Shown here: piece by piece, positions 1-11,500 of the stretch
How the letters are laid out: each line of letters begins with the position of its first letter
Numbering within the stretch: position 1 is the stretch's first letter
Assembly: GCF_036321535.1 (NCBI RefSeq)
Contig: NC_087438.1
Coordinates: forward strand, 560,001 to 624,000
DNA from: Camelus dromedarius
Taxonomy: Eukaryota
Reading direction: 5' to 3'
Length of the DNA stretch: 64,000 nt
Notes under the pieces: generated by a model
Told to the model about the DNA's origin: nothing
Databases searched by the model: none
The model's input: the letters and a program-made list of their open reading frames with translations, nothing else
Made by a program: the position numbers and the translations under genes

Positions 1-929
1 TCGCAGGAAGGAGAGGGCGGTTCCCGCAGCCTGCTTGTCGGGACATTTTGGCCACGCTGGAATCAGCGCTGCCACTCCAGCCTTGCGGTCATCCCTCCCT
101 CTTTTCTGCCTCTATTTGCAAGTTCTTCCAGGGCAGCCTTGCCCAGTGGTTCCCAGAAACTGGCCCCCAGGCAGGGGGAGCCCATAACCAAGTTGTCCTC
201 CATCTGCTGAAGACAGGAAAAGGGCCCAGAGGAAGAGGGGCTCCTTGTGAAGGTCCGAGGGCATCACGGAGGCACTGTCCCTCATTCTGAGACAGTTCTA
301 CTCTCTCCAGGGCACTGAGTGGCCGCAGCGACTCTGCACCGCACATGGAGGGCGTCCCCGGGGCAGTCCAGGGCATGGGACCCCTGGAGCCTCCACCCAC
401 CACGGGGCGGCCTGTCCCTTCCCTTCAACACGGGCATCTGACAGCCTCAGAGGACAGAAGGCAGCACAGGGACCCGCCCGACTTCAGGGCCGGGCCAGGA
501 AAGCCCCACCTCCCCCAGGACACGCCAAGAGCTTCCCCAAAACGTTCTGGTGTCCTGAGGAGGGGACGTGGTACTTGGAGCCCACTCCCCCGGGTCCCTG
601 TGCCGTCAGCCCCGATGGAGAAATGAGCAGAGGGCGTGGCTCTGGCCACCCCTTGTGTCTCCTGAGAGAGCACGTCAGCCCGTGACTGTCAGAAGCACTT
701 CCCACACGCCTCTCTTCCCCAGAGGCTGACGTCCACTTGCAAATCGCCCGACAGCTCCCTGACCTGACTCGAGTGAGCCCAACACGTCCAGTTCCCACCG
801 GGGAGTCACGTGGGGGTACATTCATGATGCGGCAAAAACTCATCTTCTTAGAGGAGCCTCAGGTCCCCTTGGACCAAGGCATCCCTGAGCATTTAAAATA
901 TTCAGTTCATAACTCTTCTATTGGCCACA

Positions 930-1257
930 TGATATTGACTGAATGTTCCATCCCCCCAAATTTGTACATTGAAGCCCTGCCCCACCGAGCGATGGCATTT
1001 AGAGGTCATTCAGGAGCGTGGAGGCTTCATCTGGGGTCAGTGCCTATGTAAGAGTCACTAGGGCGCCGGGTCCCTTGGCTCTGCTCTCTGCCGGGGGCGG
1101 ACCCAGTGAGCAGGTGCCGTCTGCTCCTAGAGGAGGCCTCTCCGGAACCCGCCCCAGCCGGCCTCCTGATTTCCGGCCTCCGGCCTCCGGCCTCCAGGAC
1201 TGTGAGAAATAAATGTCCGTCGTGTATAAACTGCCCGGTCTGTGGCTGAGACACACA
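930..1257 (+). mobile_element. MaLR solo LTR (MLT1A/B-like)
   Basis: tgactgaatgtt...ccaaattt...gcctccaggactgtgagaaataaatgtc...ggtctgtgg hallmarks, recognised by eye. Confidence 0.7.
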
Positions 1258-1354
1258 ACCTCCAAGGCTCTGTGTCAGTCTGCAAAGAAGTGATTCTCTG
1301 GCTTTCATCTGCAAGGCAAGTTTAGGTGACTCCCCCTGAATTCCCGGGCACTTT

Positions 1355-1440
1355 TCATTCACTCATTCATCCACGCAGCAAATAATTTCTGAGCAACTGT
1401 CCTGTGCCGGGCAGCGGCCCAAGCACTCACATTCCCAGGC
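1355..1440 (-). mobile_element. L2 3'-end remnant
   Basis: ttcattcactcattcatcc...caaataatttctgagca...tgtgccgggc. Confidence 0.5.
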
Positions 1441-4400
1441 TCCAAGGACCTTTGAGTGGCCAGAGGCCATGAACACACACACGGAGGGGAGGACGGCCTC
1501 CTGGCGGCCACCTGAGTGAGGACGCGGGGCGGCCAGCGTGTGAGGGGGATGTCCCAGGCCCCCTTGTGAGGCCGGGCCGGCTCGCCTTCCCTCTCCAGGA
1601 CCTCTGTGTGGCAGTGTCCCACCTCTGGGGGAGGAAGAGGGAGCTTGAGCCCCCAGCCCACTCCCCGCCTGGGCCCAGGAAACCTCCTGCCTCCTTCGCA
1701 GGGGTCCTTTGGGGTCAGGGAGCTGGCGGCTCAGTTCCCACCAGGAGGGTTTGGGGGCTGTGGGGAGAAGCCCGCCACTCGCGGGCCGCTCTGAGCAGAG
1801 ATCCAGCCCACGCTGCCCACTTGAGGGGATGGGAATGAACACCTGTGCGCGTCCTGATGTGTGAGGGCAGCGAACGGCAGTTTTGCGTCCGGTTCCGCGG
1901 GTTTTGGGAAAAAGCCCATGTCAGCGCTGACTCTGAAAGCCCTCATACCTGCGACTGCCACTGAGGGCAGAGACCACGGGGACACTCCCTGGGGGCCCTG
2001 GGGGAGGCACAGGTTGGGGTGCTGGAAGGTGCCGATTGGTGGGGATCCCAGGGCGAGGGCTGGGGTCCTCTCAGCACGTTGGCATCGAGACTTCACAGAC
2101 TGTGTGGCTTGGGGCTGCTGTCCACCGTGTGGCCTGCACGGGCCCTCCCAACCCATCAGCTGGGTTGCTGGGAGCTGGTGTGACGAGGAGAAGGTGCTTT
2201 CAGAGTCTGCCGGGCACGGACTAGTGACTAAAGATGCTTCAACACAGCCCTTCTCTTTGAAAGTGCTGAGAACTGATTTTATCAACAGCAAAACTGTCCT
2301 GAAGGCTCCATGACCTGGAAGGGGCCCCCATGGGCCCCACCTCCTGCCGCCTCTGCCCTCCCAGCTCCCTCGGGGCCACCTCGATGCCTGGACGTGCAGG
2401 GCGGCAGGAGCCTCCAGGCGGAGCTCAGGGCGCAGCTGCAGGGAGCCTGAGCCAGTCACAGCTTCTGGTAGGTCCCGGCTCCTCCACCTGCAGTGGACAG
2501 GACACTGCCAGTGTCCCTGCCTGCACTGGCCCTCCCGGGGGACCAGGACATGGAGAGGGACTGAGCTCAGGAGAGGGAGAGGGGCCTCAGCAGGAAAGTC
2601 GAGTCCCGGGCAGAATATCCGCCTTGAAGGCAGGAGGTAAATGGCATCCCACAAGGGCCATGGCCAGGACACGCCAGTTGGTGTCATGTGAGGGGCCACG
2701 CAGCCTCACAGGGTCACGTTGCAGCGCAGCACTAATGCAGACAGATGCCCACTGCACAAGGCGGGCGACAGGGAGAGGCTGTCCAGAGTGCGGAATGTCC
2801 GGGACTAGGGTGTCACAGAGCACCCCCAGCCCATTCCCACCCACAAAATGACAAAGGGGACAAGGCCACGTTGTGTCGTGAGTGGTCACAGTGGGCTCCA
2901 GGCTTGAGTCTCGAGAGCGTGCGAGCCAGGGTCTCTGTGGGGCCTGGAGCTGGCGACGACGGGGTCCAGAAGGGCCCCCCTTGGAGGCTGGCCAGGGAGG
3001 GGAGGGTCCAGCAGGCACCTCGGGGTCCAGCAGGGATTGGGGTCTCTGCATGCCTGGTCACTTTTGAGCTGGGATTGCAGGCAGGGCTGGGGAAGAGTCT
3101 GGACTCAGGTAGGGTGCCCATCCCTCAGGCCCAGGGATCCGGCCCCTCCCCTGGCAGGAGCACCCTTGCCTCTGGGGCCTGGGGAGGAGTGGGCGGGCTC
3201 TGGGTCAGAGCCCCACCCCTCCGCCCGCTCTCAGGGTTCCTTGCTCACAAGCACGCCCTCTTCAGGGGGAGGAGCCTTTACACCTCGGCAGGGTCGGGGT
3301 GTGGCCAGTGCTCAGTCAAAGCTGCGCCCGCAGCGCAGCGCTGGTCAGACTGGGCACTGCTGCTAATGTGTGCGTTGCAGCTGAGATCACAGGTGAGCAT
3401 CACCAGGGAGCAACCCAAAGACTCTTAGCTTGGAGGTTCTTCCCGAGAAGTTAAGTGACTGCTGCAAGCTGGGAGCAGAGGACTTGCCTTTCCTGTGTCC
3501 GCGCTCCCTGCTCCCCGGGCGGCCGGATGGAGACAAGGCCAGCCGACAGGTGGGTGGAACTCAGCTCGGACCGGCTCCCGACAAAGGGCCCGGGCCCAGC
3601 CGGATGGTGGATGCAGCCTTGGCCCCCAGGGCACCGCGGGCACAGTCGCTCAAGCTGGCTGGGAGGGGCGGACCCAGCCCTTTGGGCGGGACGCCGAGGA
3701 AGCTGACAAGCTGAGGACCAGGATGGTGCAGTTGGAAGATAAAACCTTCAGTGTTTTTTATGGAGGAAAGGGCTTTGGAGGCCAAAGTGCCAGGTCTGGC
3801 TGGTGAGCCTGACAGCTGGACGGATGCCCGCACTTCCCAAGCTGGTGCTCCAGGCCCTCCTTCCTGAGCTCAAGCAGTGAGTGCACCCTGAGATCTGGCA
3901 GTCAGGGCTCCGCGGTGAAGGTCCTTCCCCGAGCTCCCTTTCCCTCCCGGCCTCTTCTGGGCTGTTGCTGAGGCCCGGGGGCTTCCTGGACACTCAGAAC
4001 GCCCTTGACCTTGCATGGACGATGAGGGCTCAGTGGAGTGAAGGGGAGTGCACATTGTGGGGGTCAGACTCACCCGCCTGGGAGGCACCAGGGGGTAGCT
4101 GGCACCCGGGTCCCTGAGGCCTGAGCTGAGGTCTGGGGACCCTGCTGCTCCTCGAGGCACTGAGATGCCACCTTGAGCCCAGAGAGCCCAGCAGAAGGGG
4201 CTAGTGCCCTGCCCAGGGCAGGCGGACGGTGCAGGGTGCCCGGTAGGGGCACAGCTGCAGCCTTGCCCAGTGGGGAGCACGGTGCCCCAGGCGGCATCTC
4301 CAAAGTCAGCACCCCAGACAAGGGATCCTGGGGGACTGTTCAGGGTCTGAATGGGGGCACAGTCTGCTGCCTGTCCTCTCATGGCACTCATCTGTCTGTG

Positions 4401-5129
4401 CAGCTGATGGCAGCCCGCAGCCGAAGGGAGGGGGTGGCGGTGGCTGTTCTCCGGAAATGTCCATCCATGCCGTTTTTTGTGCCCATGTGGGACACCTGGC
4501 GGCCCTGCTCCGTGAGGCTGGGAAGCCACAGGCCACTCTGCATCCAAACAAGACCAAGTGGAGGACTCAGGACATTACAAATAGTCAGCATGTCTGCCTG
4601 GCCTCCTTGAAGGTGATTCAGGATTTCTGGTCCGTACTCCTGGGCACAAGACACAGGTGAGGGCACACGGTGCCTCTGTCCTGGCTGAGACCCACGCTGG
4701 GTTTGGACTCTGAGGTGGCTGCTGTCCACGTCAACCCAGCACAACCCCCTCTGCCACCGTCCCCCCAAGCACAGGGGTGGACATAGAGCAGGCCGCCCAC
4801 CACCAAAGAGCTGATCGGACTGTCCTTGCTTCTTCCGCAGTTTCTGGGTGTGGGTGGGGCTGCCAAGGCCATGTCTACACCCGGAGGAAGTCCAGAGTCT
4901 CTGGCAGAGAGAGGCCCCAGAGTGTCTTGGTGGGTGAGTCCCCGGTCCAGTTGCCCCAGGCAAGTCCCACCTCTGCCCACCTGGGGCTCCGGTACATGAA
5001 CCTGTGTGGGGTTCAGTGAGTCTGAGCTGTGTTTCTTGCAGTCAAGAATTCCTGGCACCAATAACCTCGAGGGAGTTCCCAGGACAACTAGCTGTGCCCT
5101 GCCTCTTGGCTGCAGCCACATGGGCCGAA

Positions 5130-6138
5130 AGTCAAAAATTAGGACCCAAAGAAACTAGAGGTATGCCACCAAAAGCACAAATAACCAAAGATAAAACAGA
5201 CACACTGGAAATATCAAAATTAAATGGACACCATTAAAGAAGTGAAGACAAGCTACAGTATGGAAAAAATATTTGGAAATCATATACCCAATAAGGAACT
5301 CGTATCCACAATATGTAAAGAGCTTTAACAGCCAATAATAAAAAGGACAAAGATTTTAATAGACAATTCTTCTGAGAAGGTGAGCAAAAGACAAGGACAT
5401 TAAAAGACACTGGACATCATCACCCATCAGGGAGATGCAAACCCAGACCACGTGAGACACCATGTCACCCACCAGAACGACCAGAATCAAAACATTCAAG
5501 AGCCACGAGAGTCGGCGAGGGCATGGAGCCTCCCATTTGGCTGGCGGGCTGGGACGTGGTGGGGACATGGAGTGGCCACTGGGAAGAGCATCGGGGCCTC
5601 AGGGAGGTTGTTCCTCACATGTGAGACAGACGCCCCATGTGACCCAGAACCCCCTGCAGGTGGGAACCCACGAGACTGGAAATCCGTCTACGTGGGTGTG
5701 TGCACGAAGGTCCACAGTCGCCTGAGGGTGGAAACCACCCAGATGTCCACCAGCAGATGGACAGAAAAACAAACAGGGTCCCTCCACACCATGGAACTCT
5801 ATTCAGGCATGAAGACAGTGAAGCAGCGACACTGCGACCTGTGATGATTGGGGCACCTCACACTGAGCAAAGAAGCCGGACACGAAAGGCCATGCATTAC
5901 ACAAGTCCCGGAAATGTCCAAGCCGGGTGTCTCTCAGAGACTGACCGCAGGCCGTGGCTCCCTGGGACGGGGGTGATGGGAAGGCTAGGGGTGATGGGTT
6001 TCTTTTCGAGGCGACAAAGGTGTTCTGAAATCACCAGTGGTGGCTGCACACATCTGTGAGAACCCTAAAAATCATGAACTGAGCATGCCAAGTGGGCGAA
6101 TGCAGGGCATGTGAACTCAATAAAGAATAAATTTAAAA
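5130..6138 (+). mobile_element. Old L1 (L1M-type) ORF2 3' end and 3'UTR fragment
   Basis: A-rich; caccaaaagcacaa, ggaaaaaatatttggaaatcata, catcagggagatgcaaa, ending ctcaataaag. Confidence 0.75.
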
Positions 6139-8520
6139 CACTCACAGGTAGGCAGGTCAACGTGGAACATGGGTGAGGTTTCTGCCACCCAGTGCTGTGT
6201 GACCGGGTGGACGTGAGGACAGATGCCCAGCAGCTCAGGGCAGGCCAGCCTCACTCTGCTTGCCATCCCAGGACCCTTGCTCTCCTGTCCCCCTTCTCCA
6301 GACCTCCTGACATCCGCAGAGCCTCTGCCAGAAGGAATGAGACTCAGCAGTCCGGCCAACACACCTGGACAGGCGTCCCAGCCAACAAGCCCTCTGTGGG
6401 GCATGGGGTACCCGGCTTCGCAGCATCTGCACCAGTGAGCACACAGGCGTCTCGCACGGCTCTGTCCAGGAATGTATTCCCACACGGGGTCGCAAGCCCA
6501 TCGCTGAGTTGCTGCCTGGCGTGGATATAAACAGTGCATTCGGAAGGGGTGTAATCTCCCAGCTGTCACTTTCCATAACGCACAATGGCATTGTTACTAT
6601 TATTGTCTCAAAAACACGGATAGGACCCAGGAAACCACAAGATGACAAACCATCACATCCTAAATTGGGGGTTAAAGGCCACATGGGGGTTGGAGGTAGC
6701 GAGAGAGGGCTGGAAGGGCATGGGAGCATGGCCGGGAGAGAGGGTCTTTGATCTCACCCTGGAGTTGGGTGCCACAGGGAAGGCGGCTGTCCCCAGGGTC
6801 AGAGACTGCGCTGGCCGCAGGTCCAGCCAAGACCCCTGCCTCCCAGTGCTGGGAGGTCTGCTTGCCCAGAGTGCCCACAGTGTGGCTGGGTCCTTCAGAA
6901 GGGATGGTGGGAAGGGCTGGCAGGCTGGGCTGCCCATAGCACTGTTCCCACGCCGAGTTCACGCCCCTGTGTGCGGCTTGGTTCCAGGCTAGGGGTCAGC
7001 ACAGGACTCCACCTCAGTCTCCAGTCTGTCACTGACAGCGGTGCACCTGGGGGAATCACATGGCACTTTGGGCAGCAGTAAAATTGACAACAACACCTGC
7101 AACTTGATGGCCTGAAAGCTGGACAGATGGTGTGTGTGAATCGCCCGGGTCCCAGACTTGGCTAGACGTGAGCTGTGGGGCTGCGGTGAGCAGGGGAAGC
7201 CCAGCTCCAAGGAGGGGAAGGGCCACGCCTGGGTGGGGTGTGCCCTCTGCCCAGGCAGCCCACCTCCAGGGCTGCGAGCCATCCAAAGAGCTGGAGATGT
7301 GGGAGTGACCACGGGGTCACCGGCACCCGCGGAGTCGAAGCTGCTGCAGGAGATTCAGGTGCGTGTGTGTGTGTGTGGGGTGTTCAGGTGAAGTGAGGGG
7401 AGTAGCAAGCTGGGGTTCAAGGAGGAGGTGAGAAGGGGTGGTTTCTCCCAAGGCGATCAGAGAAGGCAAGGGTAGGGGCCATCACAGGGGAAGGAGCCGA
7501 GAGGGTGCTGCGGGAGGGGTCGGAGAAGCTGGGCTCCTGGAGGGAGGCAGACGCAGGAAAGGTGCACCTGTCCCTCATGTGGAGGAGGCCGAGGGCAGGT
7601 GACCAGGCCTGGGTATCCCAGCTTGGCTGACACCCTTCCCCCACTGCCCAGGAGTTCAGCCAGGTCCAAGAAGATGGGGTGCAGGTGGAAACCCACCCTG
7701 GGGCCCCACCCCAGTCCCTTCCTGTCCTTGATTGACGTGAGGTAGAGAGGCTGGAGCTGGACCTTCCAGGAAGGAGCCAGCGGTTCCACGTTAGCCGGAC
7801 CAGGGCTAGCAGTTGGTTTTTCCCAGAGACCCCCCTCTTCCGTCCTCTGTCCCTCCAGCCGACTCTCCCCCACGGGCCACCTGTGGGCTCCCATCCCCCA
7901 CCCCCCAGGAGACCCACTACCATCACCGCCAGACAGGGATGCGGTGCCCCAGGGTTCTCTCCTGCAGAGGGCCCTTGGGCTCCTGTAGGATGCGGGTGCC
8001 TGACCTGGGATGAGAGGGGGAGGGGGTGGGGAGCTGCCCCTGAAAGCATCCGCTCGGGACCGCGGGGTCCACTGCAGCCCCCGACATCCTTACAGGCGGC
8101 TTGTCCCGGGTCCTTGTCGTTGGCAGGCGCCATCCCCTCTACGTCCCCGGCTTGGCGCGCGCCCCAGCGGGGGCCCGGACTGGGGAGGGCTCCCCTGCGG
8201 ACGTGGGCGGGCCGGGCTGGAGGCGGGCGCGAGTCCCGGGGGCCGGTGCGCTGCGGGCGGCGGCCGCGGGGGGCGCTGCGGCGGCCGCGGTTAAAGCCCA
8301 GGCGCGGACGCGCGCGCTCAGAGGGAGCCGGGCCGCCGCCGCCGCCGCCGGCGCTGCGCCCCCGCCCGCCGGCCCGCCCGCCCCGCGCCCCGCGGCTGCA
8401 CCCGACCCCCGCCCCCCGGGTCCCTGCGGCCGCCGGGGACGCCTGGCCCCCGCGCTGGACCCCAGACCCGCACCTGAGCGCGGCGCCGGGAGCGCGGGCG
8501 GGCCGGGGCCCGGGGGAGAC

Positions 8521-8545
8521 ATGGGGAAATTCCAGTCCAAGCACG
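8521..8545 (+). CDS. NKD2: NKD2 coding exon 1 (MGKFQSKH)
   Basis: ATG in gacATGG context; donor G|gtgaga. Confidence 0.95.
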
Positions 8546-11500
8546 GTGAGATGCGGGCGGGCCGGCGGGCGGCAGGGAGGGCGGGCGGCGGGCGCTGGCC
8601 ACTCACTGTCCCTTCCCCTCTCCCCCTGCCCTCCGGCCGCGCCGCAGCCGCCGCAGCCTTCAAGCGAAGAGAGAGCCCCGAAGGTGAGCGCGCCGGGCGG
8701 CCCGGGCGGGACCCGGGGCCAGAGCACGACCCGGGGCCTGCCCTCAAGCCCTCGGGTTGGGGGACGGTGCCGCGGGGCCTCTGGGAGCGCGCAGCCTGCG
8801 CCACCCCGGTCCCAGACCCCGACCCCGGCGCACGCCTGAGCCCTGCGTCCCAGGCCCCCGCGGAGACGGGTGGGCGCGCTGGGCGGTGGGGCATCGCCAA
8901 GTCGCAGCTCCCCCGGCCCTCACTGCGCGTCTCCTTCCCTTCTCGGCGCCCTGTTTCCCGCGCGTCCGCCCGCGGGGCTGCAGGGGACAGCTTTGTGGTG
9001 TCTGCGTACACGAGTGGCCGCAGAGGCGTGGAGGAGGTGGAGCGGCGTGGCGGCTGCGCAGAGCACAGTGCGAGGGACAAGCAGGTAGGCGTGGTGGGCC
9101 TGGCCCCACTGAGGCCAGTGGATGTGAGTACCACAGTTGCCCCCCTGGCTGGGACCCGGGATTGAGAAGGCAAAGGCCCAGATGGCCGAGAGGGAGTGAC
9201 TCCTGCTGGGCCAAGAGAGCCAGTCCCTTCCCACCTTCAGGTTCCAGGTGGGGGTCCAGTGGCACAGGCCTCAGTATCCCCCTCTGGCGCAGTGGATAGC
9301 AGGGCTGAGTCCTGCTTTCCTTTAGGATGGATGTCCTGCACAGCAACGTCACCAGAGTTAAAGGCCACCCTGCTGCTCATCTGCCACGTGGGTGACCGCT
9401 GGCCTGCAGGGAGGCTCCTGGGAAAGCCAGGCTCCAAGCGGACAGCCAAGGCCACCCAAACAGCAGGGCCGGCAGGGGCCACAGGGGTCCCGCTCAAGTG
9501 CTCTGTCCAGAAGCAGAGAATGCCCCGGCCTGGGGTGCCAGAGGGGCCCTGGGGAAACTAGACTCCACACACTGGCCACGAGGAGAAAGGGGACGTCAGA
9601 TGGGGCTCAAGTAGGTGGCCACACAGACGGCTGAGACCCTCCTTGCCCACTGCTTGCTCCCCACCCGCCCCTGGAGTCCACAGAGCACCAGCTCACAGGC
9701 ATGTCCACTCCCTTTACAGAAGAACACTCTACTGGCCAGTTGATAAATGATAAGTTTTGAGAGTATCTGTAAACACTGGTATGGCATTCTGAGAAGGGGC
9801 CCAGATATGCCCTGAAACCACATACTAGAGTTATGATTCTCGCTTTCTGGGAGTGGAGTTTTAATCCCACACGTGTGAAGGTAGGAACTACGTTTTAAAG
9901 TACTTGCTGGGTCCATCTAGTGAGGTTGGACGGACTTGCGCTCCTCGTCCCTGGGGATCGGGCGGGACCTCTGGCTGATGCAGTTTGCCTGATGCAGTTT
10001 GCCTGGGAGGTGGGTGTTGGTAACAGGGCGTGTCTCCTACAGCTCGGTCCTCCTGCTGCGAGGAATTCAGCGGTCAGTGGCGTAGGCTGGCCCTGTTCTG
10101 CCAGCCGTTGGCCTGCGGCCTTCTTGGGAGGCGTGGGCACCACGGCCTGCACTGTCCGTTCAGGCCCTGGAATCACGGGCAGCGCGCTTGTGAACGGGAG
10201 TCCGGCCGCGGTGCAGCAGGGCGGCCCCCACACCAAGGCAGGGCTTCCCTAGGGGAGCGGGCTCACGGAGAGCACGCCCTTGGAAACTGTGAGGTGGCGG
10301 GGCTGGGGCTGCGCTGGTCTTCTAGGCCCACGGGGTCCGCACACTTGGGGCTTTTTCGGGAGTGATGAGGCGCGTGGCTTGGGTTGTTCCCTTATTACTC
10401 TGTTCTCTGCTGTGGTCTGAATGTGTGTTTTCCCCCAAAATTCATGTTGGAAACCCCCAGTGTCATGGTGTCGGGGGGCCCTTCCGGGAGGTGTTGGGAC
10501 CTGAGGGAAGAGCTCTCATGTTGGGCTGCGTGCCCGATGAAGACCCCAAAGGGCTCCCTTGTCCTGTCGCCACGAGAGGTCATAGCCAGAAGGCAGCCTC
10601 TGGGTCAGAAAGGGCTTACCAGGTGCGAGTCTGTCTGGGTTGTTCGGGCCGCTGGCGAAGTGAGACAGCCCCGGCTGGTGACAGGTTCTTCTAACACCAT
10701 GATGTAGGAAGGCCAAATTTCAGAACAATGGATGGTCCTTTAAGTAAAATACATTTTTTCTTTTTCCACGTTTCCCCATCTTTCCCTCATTTGGCCACAG
10801 GGCTGTGGTTTAGACCTCCTGGCCCAGGTGCCCCTCACCCCGGCACACACAGGCACCTCGCTGCTGTGTCCCTGTCCCCTCCCTTGCCCACCACCCCTGG
10901 TTCTGCCCTGGTGCTCAGTCAGAGGACACTGGGGTGTCGAGTCCTACCTCCCTCCCTTTTCTGGCCCTACTCTTCGTGTGGTGTCCAGAGCCCCATCCAC
11001 TGTCCCTGCCTCCCCAGGTGATGCTTGGGGAAGGCCAGCACCCAGTGCCATCTGCCTAGGGCCCAAGAGGGGACACATCCTCCTCTCCTGAAGGTGCTTC
11101 CCTGCAGGTCAACCCTGGTGGGTCGCGTTGGCACAAGAACTGTGGCAAGTGACCTGGCGGAGATCATGTGAGTGTCTACCAGGTAACTGACTCTCGCCTG
11201 CCCTCGCCCGCGCCCCCAGGAATAGAGGAGACGAGGCTGGTTTTGCCCACTGGTTGTTAGTGCTGGCTCCTGGTGCCAGCTTGGCACACGTCTGAAGCAA
11301 CCTCTGATCGGTGTTAGTGTTTTCTAGGTAGGTGGACTGCCTGCCTCACCACCTGGAGGAGTCCTTGTCGATCCTGAGCTGCGCTGTATTGCTCCATTGC
11401 CAGGTGCCCCCAGAGGGTCAGCACTGTGCCGGGTGTGGGGGTGATGAGGATGGTGGCAGGAGAGGCCCAGGGTCTAGGAAGCGGCGTGCCTGACCTGGCA

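Larger units (their letters stand above)
8040..9100. promoter_or_regulatory. CpG island / NKD2 promoter and first exons
   Basis: Very high GC and CpG density, multiple GGGCGG boxes, TATA-like TTAAAG at 8291-8296 upstream of the ATG. Confidence 0.85.

Noticed and set aside
1731..2699. 322-aa minus-strand ORF upstream of NKD2, and the many other 60-270 aa ORFs in the track
   Set aside because: No recognisable domains or exon structure; expected at this GC content.
9040..9075. Seven extra residues in NKD2 exon 3 relative to human
   Set aside because: Mouse Nkd2, as I recall it, also has the longer form, so it is probably ancestral rather than novel.
7417..9352. Long ORFs on both strands over the NKD2 promoter (436, 344 and 318 aa)
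   Set aside because: Explained by stop-codon scarcity in a CpG island; low-complexity Pro/Gly/Arg/Ala translations.
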